Notes: a model not told the origin generated them from the letters alone. Counted from the stretch's first letter, positions 1 to 15,837 are shown. The stretch: 24,000 bases of DNA from Duganella rhizosphaerae (GCA_040364205.1 BPWK01000021.1); one strand, 5' to 3'. Program-made: numbers and translations.

Positions 1-1
1 C

Positions 2-1288
2 GACATCCCCGCCGCCTTGCGCATGCAGGCGCCGCTGGCGATCGCCGCGCCGCATCTGTCCGAGGCGCGCCTCAAGCGCCACGTGGACGGCCTGCTGCGC
101 AAGAACAGCCACTGCGCCGGGCAGCTCAGCTTCCTGGGCGGCGGCTGCTACCAGCACCACGTGCCGGCCGTCTGCGACGAGATCAACGGCCGCAGCGAGT
201 TCGCCACCGCCTACGCCGGCGAACCGTATGACGATCATGGCCGCTTCCAGTCGCTGTTCGAGTACTGCAGCATGATGGGCGCGTTGCTGGAGATGGACGT
301 GGTCAACGTGCCGGTGTACGACGGCATGCAGGCCGCCGCCACCGCCGTGCGCATGGCCGGCCGCCACACTGGCCGCCGCCGCGTCATCGTGGCCGGCCAC
401 GTCAACCCGGACAAGCTGTCCATGATGAACACCTACGGCCGCGCCGATCTCGATTTCATCACCGCGCCGTTCGATCCGAAAACCGGCCTGCTCGACCTGG
501 CCACGGTGAAGCAGCTGCTCGATCAAGATACCGCCGCGTTGTACGTCGACATCCCATCCTTCCTCGGCACCATCGACGACGGCGCCGCGCTGGCCTCCGC
601 CGCCCACGCGGTGGGCGCGCTGTTCGTGGTCGGTGTCGATCCGGTGTCGCTGGGCGTGCTGGCGCCGCCGGCCAATTACGGCGCCGACATCGTCTGCGGC
701 GACATCCAGCCATTGGGCATGCACATGAACTACGGCGGCGGCCAGGGTGGCTTCATCGCCAGCCACGACGATCCCGCCATCGTCATGCAGTATCCATCCC
801 GGCTGTTCGGCATTGTGCCGACCAGCGTGCCGGGCGAATACGGCTTCGGCGACGTGGCCTACAGCCGCACCTCGTTTGACAAGCGCGAAAACGGCAATGA
901 ATTCGTCGGCACCGCCGCCGCGTTGTGGGGCATCACCGCCGGCGTCTATCTCGCGCTGATGGGACCACAGGGCATGACCGAACTGGCCACCGGCATCGCC
1001 CAGCGCACCGCCTACGCCAGGCAGCGCATGGCGAGCCTGCCCGGCGTGCGTGTCACGCATGCGGGCAGCTGTCACTTCCGCGAGTTCGTCGTCAACTTCG
1101 ACGACACCGGCCTGCCGGTGGCCGCCATCAACGCCGCCTTGCTGCAACAGGGCGTCTTTGGCGGCCATGACCTGAGCGCCGCCTTCCCCGCGCTGGGCCA
1201 GTCGGCCCTGTACGCCTTTTCCGAAGTCCACACGCAGGAAGACATCGACCTGCTGTGCGCAACGCTAGAGAAAGTCCTCAACCAATGA
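2..1288 (+). CDS. gcvPA: Glycine dehydrogenase (decarboxylating) subunit 1-like protein (GcvPA family); 5' end cut by window edge
   Basis: The frame is open from base 2 (DIPAALRMQAPL...), so the Met listed at 17 is internal. Length and motifs (FLGGGCYQHHVP, GADIVCGDIQPLG, GGGQGGFIA) fit the alpha subunit of split P-proteins. The stop TGA at 1286-1288 overlaps the next ATG. Confidence 0.85.
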   Translation, partial: DIPAALRMQAPLAIAAPHLSEARLKRHVDGLLRKNSHCAGQLSFLGGGCYQHHVPAVCDEINGRSEFATAYAGEPYDDHGRFQSLFEYCSMMGALLEMDVVNVPVYDGMQAAATAVRMAGRHTGRRRVIVAGHVNPDKLSMMNTYGRADLDFITAPFDPKTGLLDLATVKQLLDQDTAALYVDIPSFLGTIDDGAALASAAHAVGALFVVGVDPVSLGVLAPPANYGADIVCGDIQPLGMHMNYGGGQGGFIASHDDPAIVMQYPSRLFGIVPTSVPGEYGFGDVAYSRTSFDKRENGNEFVGTAAALWGITAGVYLALMGPQGMTELATGIAQRTAYARQRMASLPGVRVTHAGSCHFREFVVNFDDTGLPVAAINAALLQQGVFGGHDLSAAFPALGQSALYAFSEVHTQEDIDLLCATLEKVLNQ

Positions 1289-2871
1289 ACGCCATGGATA
1301 ACATCGCCCACCACCGCAAACAGCAGATGCGCCGCTACCACCAGGCGCGCTGGGACGAACCCGTCATCTTTGAACTGAGCCAGCCCGGTGAACGCGGCAT
1401 CCTGGTGCCGGAAGTGGAGCCGGACATCGTGCGCTTGGCAGGCCAGCCGCTGGCCGGGTTGCCGTCCTCCATGCTGCGCCAGCGCCCACCGGCGCTGCCG
1501 GAGATGTCGCAGAACCGCGTGCTGCGCCACTACCTGCGCCTGTCGCAGGAGACGTTGGGCGCGGACCTCAACGTGGACGTGGGGCAGGGTACCTGCACCA
1601 TGAAGTACAACCCGAAGATCAACGACCAGCTGGCGCGCCAGCCCGGCATGGCGGAGCTGCATCCGCGCCAGCCCGACAGCACCGTGCAAGGCATGCTGGA
1701 GGTGATGGACAAGCTGGAAGGCGTGCTGCGAGAAGTGTCCGGCATGGATGCCGTATCGTTGCAGGCGCGCGGCGGATCGCAAGCGATCTTCGCCAACATG
1801 GCGATGGTGCGCGCTTGGCACGAGAGCCGTGGCGAAGCAGGCCGGCGTGATGAAGTCATCACCACCATCTTCTCGCACCCGTCGGACGCCGCCTGCGCCA
1901 AGCTGGCAGGCTACAAGGTCATCACACTTTACCCGGACGCCAACGGTTATCCGGACCTGGCGGCCCTGAAGGCGGCCGTATCGCCACGCACGGCGGCGCT
2001 GGTCATCACCAACCCTGAGGACACCGGCATCTTCAACGGCCGCATTCGCGAATTCGTCGACGTGGTGCATGCCGCCGGCGGCTTGTGCGTGTACGACCAG
2101 GCCAACGCCAACGGCCTGCTGGGCATCGCCCGCGCGCGCGAGGCGGGTTTCGACCTGTGCCACTTCAACCTGCACAAGACCTTCGCCACGCCGCACGCCT
2201 GCGGCGGCCCGGCGGTTGGCGCAGTGTGCTGCACGGCGGCGCTGGCGCCGTTCCTGCCCGGCCCCCTGGTGCTGCAGAAGGATGGCCGCTACACCCTGGT
2301 GGACGGCGCTGTGCAATCGATCGGCAAGATCAGCAGCTTCACCGGCACCGCCTCCATCATGCTGCGCGCCTATGCGTGGATCATGAACCTGGGCGCCGAG
2401 GGCTTGCGCACCGTTTCCGAGATCGCGGTCCTGAACAACAACTACATGATGCACGAGCTCCTGAAGATCGACGGCATGTCCGCGCCCTACGCGGCAGGCA
2501 AGCGCCGCATCGAGCAGGTGCGCTACAGCTGGGCGGGCCTGACCGAGGCCACCGGCGTGACGTCGGAAGAAATCGGCCTGCGCGCCGCCGACTTCGGCGT
2601 GCACTACTGGACCAGCCACCATCCGTATGTAGTGCCGGAGCCGGCCACCATCGAGCCGACCGAATCCTACTCGCGCGCCGATCTCGATGAATTTATCGGC
2701 GTGATGCGCCACATCGCCGGCGAGGCGCACAGCGATCCGGATCTGGTCAAGACCGCGCCGCACAACTGTCCGGTCCACCGTGTGCAGGGCGAGATGCTGG
2801 ACGATCCGGAGCGCTGGTCCATCACCTGGCGCGCCTATCAACGCAAGCTGGGCGAGCGCGGGCTGGCATGA
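1285..2871 (+). CDS. gcvPB: Glycine dehydrogenase (decarboxylating) subunit 2-like protein (GcvPB family), divergent
   Basis: ATG at 1285 forms an ATGA overlap with the gcvPA stop, so I prefer it to the GTG at 1255 in the ORF track. Motifs are CTMKYNPK, HPRQP..TVQG and the PLP-lysine motif FNLHKTFATPH. The glycine-rich loop after the Lys is atypical (see findings). Confidence 0.85.
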   Translation: MNAMDNIAHHRKQQMRRYHQARWDEPVIFELSQPGERGILVPEVEPDIVRLAGQPLAGLPSSMLRQRPPALPEMSQNRVLRHYLRLSQETLGADLNVDVGQGTCTMKYNPKINDQLARQPGMAELHPRQPDSTVQGMLEVMDKLEGVLREVSGMDAVSLQARGGSQAIFANMAMVRAWHESRGEAGRRDEVITTIFSHPSDAACAKLAGYKVITLYPDANGYPDLAALKAAVSPRTAALVITNPEDTGIFNGRIREFVDVVHAAGGLCVYDQANANGLLGIARAREAGFDLCHFNLHKTFATPHACGGPAVGAVCCTAALAPFLPGPLVLQKDGRYTLVDGAVQSIGKISSFTGTASIMLRAYAWIMNLGAEGLRTVSEIAVLNNNYMMHELLKIDGMSAPYAAGKRRIEQVRYSWAGLTEATGVTSEEIGLRAADFGVHYWTSHHPYVVPEPATIEPTESYSRADLDEFIGVMRHIAGEAHSDPDLVKTAPHNCPVHRVQGEMLDDPERWSITWRAYQRKLGERGLA

Positions 2872-4001
2872 AGATCGGGCTGGTGGTCAATCCCTGGGCC
2901 GGCATCGGCGGCCCGGCCGGCCTCAAAGGCTCGGACGGCGCCGACAGCGTGCAGGCCGCGCTAGCGTCCGGCGTCCTGCCGCAGGTGGCCGCACGCATGG
3001 CCGTCATGTTCGCGGCCTGTGGCGGCGCGGCGCACGCCATCAGCTGGTACACGGCGGACGGCGACATGGGCCTGCACGCATTGCACGCGGCGGGCCTGCA
3101 GGCCAGCGCCGTCGTGCCGGTTGCGTCGCCGTCGCAGGCGACGGATACGCGCCGCGCCAGCTGCATCCTGGCCGGCATGGGGATAGACCTGCTGCTGTTT
3201 GCCGGCGGCGACGGCACCGCGCGCGATGTGCTGGATGGCCTGCGCGACGCCGGCGTGATGGCTACCTTGCCGGTGCTGGGCGTGCCTGCCGGCGTGAAGA
3301 TGCAATCGGCGGTATTCGCCAACCATCCAACCGCCGCAGGGCTATTGCTGCGCCAGTTTCAGCAGAACGGCCTGGCCATCTGCAGCGATGCCGAAGTGAT
3401 GGACCTCGACGAAGAAGCGCTGCGGCGCAACCAGATCGTGCCGCGCCTGTACGGCTACCTGCAACTGCCGCTGGCGCCGTCGCTGACGCAAGGCGGCAAG
3501 TCGCGTCATGCCAGCGGCAGCGGGGCGCAGCGCATGGCTATCGCCCGCAGTTTTGCGGAAGGCATGGAGGCGCGTTCGCTGTATCTGATCGGCCCCGGCT
3601 CGACCACGCAGGCCTTGCTGTCGCTGCTGGGCGTGGACGGCGCCTTGCTGGGTGTGGACGCGGTGCTGGGCGACGGCACGCTGCTGGCGCGCGACGCATC
3701 GCGTCGTGAGCTGGAAAACCTGGCCGGAGACTGGCAATCGCCGCCGCACCTGGTGCTGTCGCCGATTGGCGGACAAGGACTGGTGCTGGGACGCGGCAAC
3801 CAGCAGATTTCACCGAGCCTGCTGCGCGCAGCCGGCAGGCGTGGGCTGCATGTGCTGGCGCCGCAGGACAAGCTGCTGTCGCTGCACGGCGGCGTGCTGC
3901 GCATCGACAGCGGCGACGCGGAACTCGATGCGCAATTCAATGGGTATTTGCCGGTGACGACCGGCTACCGGGAGCAGACCATGTGGCCGGTCTCGGTGTA
4001 G
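2868..4001 (+). CDS. ATP-NAD kinase-fold protein (COG3199 / AcoX-like), function unknown
   Basis: ATG at 2868 overlaps the gcvPB stop (ATGA). N-terminus is MKIGLVVNPWAGIGG, and it carries the NAD-kinase/diacylglycerol-kinase signature LLLFAGGDGTARDV. At 377 aa it matches the AcoX-type family in size. Confidence 0.7.
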   Translation: MKIGLVVNPWAGIGGPAGLKGSDGADSVQAALASGVLPQVAARMAVMFAACGGAAHAISWYTADGDMGLHALHAAGLQASAVVPVASPSQATDTRRASCILAGMGIDLLLFAGGDGTARDVLDGLRDAGVMATLPVLGVPAGVKMQSAVFANHPTAAGLLLRQFQQNGLAICSDAEVMDLDEEALRRNQIVPRLYGYLQLPLAPSLTQGGKSRHASGSGAQRMAIARSFAEGMEARSLYLIGPGSTTQALLSLLGVDGALLGVDAVLGDGTLLARDASRRELENLAGDWQSPPHLVLSPIGGQGLVLGRGNQQISPSLLRAAGRRGLHVLAPQDKLLSLHGGVLRIDSGDAELDAQFNGYLPVTTGYREQTMWPVSV

Positions 4002-4052
4002 CGGCAACAAAGTAAGACAACAAACATAACGATAACTATCTGGAGATTCCAA

Positions 4053-6563
4053 ATGAGACAAAAAACCGGGTTGACCCTTTCGGTCGCCACCCTGGCCCAG
4101 CTGGCGGCCATGCACGGCGCGCAGGCGCAAACAGCGCCCGACGCGGCGGGCGCCACCGACAAGGGCACGCCCATGCAGGAGGTGGTCGTCACCGGCACCA
4201 CCGCCAAAAATCGCACCAAGCTGGAATCCTCGGTCGCCATTACGACCGTGGACCTGGCCAAGTTGGAGAAGCTCGCGCCGCATAGCCTGGCCGATTCGCT
4301 GCAACAGGTTCCCGGCCTGTGGGTGGAAGCATCCGGCGGCGAGGTGTCTAACAACGTCTCGCCGCGCGGCTTGAGCGGCGGCGCCGCGTTCCAGTTCATC
4401 AGCCTCCAGGAAGACGGCCTGCCGGTGATCTACGACGGTGAACTGGTGGACGTTCTGATGCGCGAGGACGTCACCATCAAGCGCTTCGAGGCGATCCGCG
4501 GCGGCACCTCGGCCATCCTGTCGACCAACGGCCCGGCGGCCATCGTCAACTTCATCAGCCAGAAGGGCACGCAAACGCCGCAGGGCGAGGCCAAGGTCAC
4601 CATCGGCGACTACGGCATGGTGCGTACCGAGGGCGTGTATTCGGGCCCGATCGACGACGACTGGACCTACGCGGCCGGCGGCTACTACCGCGAAGGCAAG
4701 GGCGTGCGCCCGATCGGCATCACCGCCGACCATGGCGGCCAGCTTCGCGTGAACCTGACGCGCAAGCTGGAGCGCGGCGAACTGACGCTGTCGGCCAAGT
4801 ACGTCAACGACCACAACACCTTCTACCTGCCTATCCCGCTGACCAATCCCGGCAACCCGACCGGCGTGCCGGGCGTGAATCCGCATTACGGCTCGCTGGA
4901 TGGTCCGGACCTGGCGCACATCACCAACCAGACCACCAATGGTCCCGTGACCACCGACCTCCATACCGGCTTCCACGTGCTGGCCAAGGTGATCGGCGCG
5001 GACCTGCAGCATGAACTGGGCGGCGACTGGTCGTTCCGCAACAACGCGCGCTACACGCGATACGACGTGTCGCCGCAGTCGGTGTTCAATGGTCCCAACA
5101 GCTATCTGGTCCGCGCCAGCAACCGCCTCGATCCGGCACAGTCCAGCGACGTCGCCGCGCTGCTGAAACGCTTCGGCGGCACCGCAAAGCTGGCCTACGC
5201 CGGCAGCGGTCAACTGATCAACGACCCATCCACCCTGAATGGCAACGGCTTCACCACCGACGCAGTGGCCGAGACACGCTTCCGTTCACTGGGCCATTTC
5301 ATTGACAAGCTGTCGGTGACGAAGGAGAACGACAAGAACAGCTTCACCGCCGGCATCCTGTTCGCCGCACAAAAACTGTACGACGATTCCGACTATGGCG
5401 CCCGCATCATCACCGACGTGCGCGATCAACCGAGCCGGCTCGATATCGTCGCCGTCGACGCCAACAACAAGATCCTAGGCTACCTGTCGGACAAGGGCGT
5501 GCTGCGCAACGGCTACTTCTACGAACGCCACAAAGGCGACATGAAGTCGATGTCCTACTTCGTCAACGACGAATGGAAGGTCAGTAACAACCTGCGCCTC
5601 GACGCCGGCGTGCGCTACGAAGTGGCCCGCTACGACGTACAGGACGAAGGCGTGCTGGCGGCCGGCGACGATCTGCCAGGCGACAACCTGACCGAGGGCG
5701 CCATCATCCCCGGCGCCTTCAATGCGGACGGCAGCGACAAGGACAACATCATCGCCAACAACTACATGCGCCGTGCCGGCACCGGCGTGTGGACTCGCAA
5801 GCAGAAGACGATCAAGGAAGCCTCCTACACGGCGGGTTTCAACTACGCCTTCAACGACCACGTGGCCACGTATGGCCGCTACGCCAGCGGCACCAACATG
5901 CCGACCCTGTACAGCGGCGACAGCTTCGTCGACGGCGCCAGCCGGCTCAGTTTCACCGAGGCGGGCGTGCGCTACATTTCGCCGTTCTGGACCACGTCGG
6001 CCACGGTATTCCACACCAAGTTCGACAACCTGTCCTTCGGCGAAACCAACCAGGCCACGGGCGACTTCCGCCAGGTGTTCGTCAAGACGCTGTCGACCGG
6101 CATTGAGCTGGAGGGCATCATCAATCCGTTCAAGCAGTTCTCGCTGGAGTACGTGGCTACCTTGCAGAAGGCCACCATCAACGGCATCGACCCGAACGCG
6201 GAGGAGGCCAAGCAGAACGGCAACCAGGTGATGCGTACGCCGAACACACAGGTGCGCCTGATCCCGACGCTGCATTTCGGCTTCGGCGATGTGTTCCTGG
6301 TCTACAGCCATATCGGCAAACGCTTCGCCGACTTTGAAAACGCGCTGGCGCTGCCGGCCTACCATGTGATCGACATGGGAGCGGAGATCAAGATCGACAA
6401 GAAGTGGAAGCTGAACCTGAAAGTGAACAACGTGACCAACTCGATCGGCCTGACCGAAGGGAATCCACGTAGCGGCTTTAACCAAAGCTCGAACGGTAGC
6501 CTGTTCTACGCACGGCCTATCCTGGGGCGCAACGCCACGGCCTCGCTGTCTTACCGCTTCTGA
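4053..6563 (+). CDS. TonB-dependent outer-membrane receptor
   Basis: Signal peptide ends AMHGAQAQ. Plug-region motif is MQEVVVTGT...ESSVAITTV. The rest of the 836-aa protein is beta-barrel-like and rich in Y/G/N/T. It ends in the aromatic motif LSYRF. A GGAGA Shine-Dalgarno lies 7 nt upstream of the ATG. Confidence 0.9.
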   Translation: MRQKTGLTLSVATLAQLAAMHGAQAQTAPDAAGATDKGTPMQEVVVTGTTAKNRTKLESSVAITTVDLAKLEKLAPHSLADSLQQVPGLWVEASGGEVSNNVSPRGLSGGAAFQFISLQEDGLPVIYDGELVDVLMREDVTIKRFEAIRGGTSAILSTNGPAAIVNFISQKGTQTPQGEAKVTIGDYGMVRTEGVYSGPIDDDWTYAAGGYYREGKGVRPIGITADHGGQLRVNLTRKLERGELTLSAKYVNDHNTFYLPIPLTNPGNPTGVPGVNPHYGSLDGPDLAHITNQTTNGPVTTDLHTGFHVLAKVIGADLQHELGGDWSFRNNARYTRYDVSPQSVFNGPNSYLVRASNRLDPAQSSDVAALLKRFGGTAKLAYAGSGQLINDPSTLNGNGFTTDAVAETRFRSLGHFIDKLSVTKENDKNSFTAGILFAAQKLYDDSDYGARIITDVRDQPSRLDIVAVDANNKILGYLSDKGVLRNGYFYERHKGDMKSMSYFVNDEWKVSNNLRLDAGVRYEVARYDVQDEGVLAAGDDLPGDNLTEGAIIPGAFNADGSDKDNIIANNYMRRAGTGVWTRKQKTIKEASYTAGFNYAFNDHVATYGRYASGTNMPTLYSGDSFVDGASRLSFTEAGVRYISPFWTTSATVFHTKFDNLSFGETNQATGDFRQVFVKTLSTGIELEGIINPFKQFSLEYVATLQKATINGIDPNAEEAKQNGNQVMRTPNTQVRLIPTLHFGFGDVFLVYSHIGKRFADFENALALPAYHVIDMGAEIKIDKKWKLNLKVNNVTNSIGLTEGNPRSGFNQSSNGSLFYARPILGRNATASLSYRF

Positions 6564-6571
6564 TGCATCAG

Positions 6572-13824
<7,253 letters not shown>

Positions 13825-14604
13825 TTATGCCGATCCGGCCAGGCCGCCGCCGTCCACCACCAGCGCGTCGCCGGTGACGAAGGAAGAACGATCCGATGCG
13901 AGGAACAGCACCGCCTGCGCGATCTCGCGTGGCTGGCCCACGCGCATCAGCGGCCGTCCTGCGCCGGCCGTCACCAGCGCGGCTTCCTCAAGCCCCAGCT
14001 GCTGCGCTTCGTTGCGCAGCATCGGCGTATCGGTGTCGCCGGGGCAGACGCAGTTGACGCGGATGTTCTGCGGGCCGTGGTCCACCGCCATCGCCTTGGT
14101 CAGTATCACCACCGCGCCCTTGGAGGCGCAGTAGGACACGGCATCCTTGCCGCCCACCAGCCCCCAGCCGGAAGCGGTGTTGATGATGCTGCCGCCGCCT
14201 TGCTGCTGCATCACCGGCACGGCGTGTTTGCACATCAGGAAAATCGACTTGACGTTGACCGCCATGACCTGGTCCCATTCCTGCTCGGTGGTGTCGATGA
14301 CGTTGGCGCGGCGCGTGATGCCGGCGTTGTTGAACAGGACGTCGAGCCGGCCGTAGCGCGACACGGCCGCCGCCACCGCCGCCGCGCAATCGGCGGCCAC
14401 GGCGACGTCGGTGCGGATGAAGGAGGCGCGCGCGCCGGCCTCGATCAGCGCCGCCACCGCCAGTTCGCCCGCCGCGCCGTCGCGGTCGGCGATCAGCACG
14501 GTGGCGCCTTCGCGCGCAAACAATTCCGCCGTGGCGCGGCCGATGCCGGATGCGCCTCCCGTAATCAACGCCACCTTGCCTGCCAGTTCGCCTTGCTGAT
14601 GCAT
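13825..14604 (-). CDS. Short-chain dehydrogenase/reductase (classical SDR), first gene of the ebg operon
   Basis: Has the TGGASGIGRA cofactor motif, NNAG, and a catalytic Ser...YCASK triad. A GGAGA Shine-Dalgarno lies 7 nt upstream of the ATG. Its stop is 3 nt before the ebgA start. Confidence 0.88.
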   Translation of the reverse strand: MHQQGELAGKVALITGGASGIGRATAELFAREGATVLIADRDGAAGELAVAALIEAGARASFIRTDVAVAADCAAAVAAAVSRYGRLDVLFNNAGITRRANVIDTTEQEWDQVMAVNVKSIFLMCKHAVPVMQQQGGGSIINTASGWGLVGGKDAVSYCASKGAVVILTKAMAVDHGPQNIRVNCVCPGDTDTPMLRNEAQQLGLEEAALVTAGAGRPLMRVGQPREIAQAVLFLASDRSSFVTGDALVVDGGGLAGSA

Positions 14605-14754
14605 GTGCTGTCTCCATTTTTATGGGTTATGCACTATGTTGCCCTTTTTTTGCCAGCGTTGACAAATGAATACTCTGCATGGCATGCATAAGCCCAGCTA
14701 ATGCGTGAAAGCCCGCCGCGCGCAGCGGCAGGCATGCATGGAGTTGATGGATGG
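14605..14754 (-). promoter_or_regulatory. Relatively AT-rich upstream region of the SDR-ebgA-ebgC-permease operon, also the 3' flank of the cyclase gene
   Basis: This is the only non-coding gap before the operon, and it is locally AT-rich with an A7 tract. It holds the palindrome TGCATG-G-CATGCA (14676-14688) and two GGCATGCAT copies (14681 and 14731). I could not place -35/-10 hexamers convincingly. Confidence 0.4.
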
Positions 14755-15744
14755 TCAGGCGGCGTTTTCGGCCGGACGGTCGACGATCACGCAGTCCCGG
14801 CCGGCGCGCTTGGCGGCGTACAGGCAGGCGTCGGCGGCGGCCAGCATGGTGGCGGCGTCAAACAGGCGGTCCTTGTCGTAGGTGGCCACGCCGATGCTCA
14901 TCGTCACGTGCGGGCGGTTGGCGGCCGGCGCGTGCGTGATCTCCAGCGCGGCGATGCGGGCGCGGATCGTTTCGGCGAGCTGGGCCGCCTGCTCCGGGCC
15001 GGTGTCCGGCAGCACGGCGGCGAACTCCTCGCCGCCGTAGCGCGCGGCCAGGTCGGCCGGGCGTTGCAGCATGGCGGCGAAGGCTTCCGCCACCAGGGTC
15101 AGGCAGGCGTCGCCCTGCTGGTGGCCGAAGTGGTCGTTATAGGCCTTGAAGGAATCGATGTCCATCAGCAGCAGCGACAGCTGGCCGTGGTTGCGCTGTG
15201 CCCGGCGCAGCTCGCGGTCCAGCGCGACGTCGAAGTGGCGGCGGTTGGCGATGCCGGTCAAGCCATCCACGTACGATTGCGCGCGCAGCGCCTCGGCCTG
15301 GCCGCGCAGCTGGCGCTCGCGGCCGACGGTGGTGCTGATGTCGCTCACCTCGATCAGGCAGTAGCGCTCCTTGCCCTCGGTGAAGGGCGTGACCGACACC
15401 GCCTGCTCGACCCGTTCGCCGCCCCAGGTGCCGGTCGGGTACAGCGGGAAGGGCGAGCGGTTCAGCGCCGGCGACAGCTGCTGCGGCAGGTTGCTCTGCA
15501 TCGCGCTCTGCACCGCCTGCTCCAGCCGCTGGCCGCGCAGTTCCGGGAATTGTTCGAACAGGTCGCTGCCCAGCACGCGGTGGGCCGACAGGCCGGAATG
15601 GCTGGCCAGCCACTGGTTCCACATGACGATGCGGCCGCTGGCGTCGAGCACCATCAGGCCCAGGTTGGCCAGCCCGAGCACGCGCCCGGACAGGTGGGCG
15701 TGGCTGCCGGCGGCAGGCGGGGTGGCGGTGGTGTTTGCTTGCAT
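14755..15744 (-). CDS. PAS-GGDEF diguanylate cyclase (predicted active, with I-site)
   Basis: The N-terminal PAS-like region is LMVLDASGRIVMWNQW. The GGDEF domain has LTGIANRR, an intact GGEEF and RPAD exactly 5 residues upstream of it (an RxxD inhibitory site). The Shine-Dalgarno is AGGAAAA. Confidence 0.9.
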   Translation of the reverse strand: MQANTTATPPAAGSHAHLSGRVLGLANLGLMVLDASGRIVMWNQWLASHSGLSAHRVLGSDLFEQFPELRGQRLEQAVQSAMQSNLPQQLSPALNRSPFPLYPTGTWGGERVEQAVSVTPFTEGKERYCLIEVSDISTTVGRERQLRGQAEALRAQSYVDGLTGIANRRHFDVALDRELRRAQRNHGQLSLLLMDIDSFKAYNDHFGHQQGDACLTLVAEAFAAMLQRPADLAARYGGEEFAAVLPDTGPEQAAQLAETIRARIAALEITHAPAANRPHVTMSIGVATYDKDRLFDAATMLAAADACLYAAKRAGRDCVIVDRPAENAA

Positions 15745-15768
15745 GCGCTGTTTTCCTGGCGTGGCCGC

Positions 15769-15801
15769 GTAGTGACTCGGTAGTGACTGGGTAGTGACCT
15801 T
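15769..15801. repeat. Three tandem 11-bp direct repeats (GTAGTGACTCG / GTAGTGACTGG / GTAGTGACCTT)
   Basis: Read directly from the sequence. The 8-nt core GTAGTGAC (GTCACTAC on the coding strand) is perfect in all three copies with an 11-bp period. A partial inverted copy GTCACT lies at 15828-15833. Confidence 0.9.
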
Positions 15802-15804
15802 GGA

Positions 15805-15832
15805 ATTATAAGCGCAGCCGCGCCGCTGTCAC
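15805..15832 (-). promoter_or_regulatory. Sigma70-like promoter for the PAS-GGDEF gene
   Basis: On the minus strand there is GTGACA (15832-15827), a 16-nt spacer, then a perfect TATAAT (15810-15805). It sits about 60 nt upstream of the ATG at 15744, just after the stop of the upstream kinase gene. Confidence 0.55.
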
Positions 15833-15837
15833 TCTTT

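Noticed and set aside
1255-1284. GTG start at 1255 for the GcvPB-like gene, as given in the ORF track
   Set aside because: The ATG at 1285 gives the common ATGA stop/start coupling with gcvPA. The extra 10 residues (MRNARESPQP) would be translated from inside gcvPA. The call is not certain, but 1285 is more plausible.
1072-2841. A 589-aa minus-strand ORF, one of a set of long antisense ORFs (3810-5213, 5475-6485, 7105-8499, 12071-13681 on the minus strand; 14701-15783, 15856-17859, 17772-19643, 19489-21720, 22092-22871 on the plus strand)
   Set aside because: Each lies opposite or out of frame to a gene with strong family signatures. All have biased low-complexity composition and no motifs or Shine-Dalgarno-linked starts. 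I treat them as GC-driven shadow ORFs.
4002-4052. A/C-rich, low-GC 51-nt spacer (ACAAAGTAAGACAACAAACATAACGATAAC) before the TonB-dependent receptor, considered as a promoter or small RNA
   Set aside because: I could not identify convincing -35/-10 hexamers, repeats or secondary structure. It contains the Shine-Dalgarno (GGAGA). It may simply be an intercistronic spacer or hold a promoter I cannot define by eye.
14658-14663. A perfect TTGACA -35 hexamer on the + strand in the SDR upstream gap
   Set aside because: No acceptable -10 hexamer lies 16-18 nt downstream. A + strand transcript from here would only run antisense into the cyclase gene. It is probably fortuitous in an AT-rich patch.
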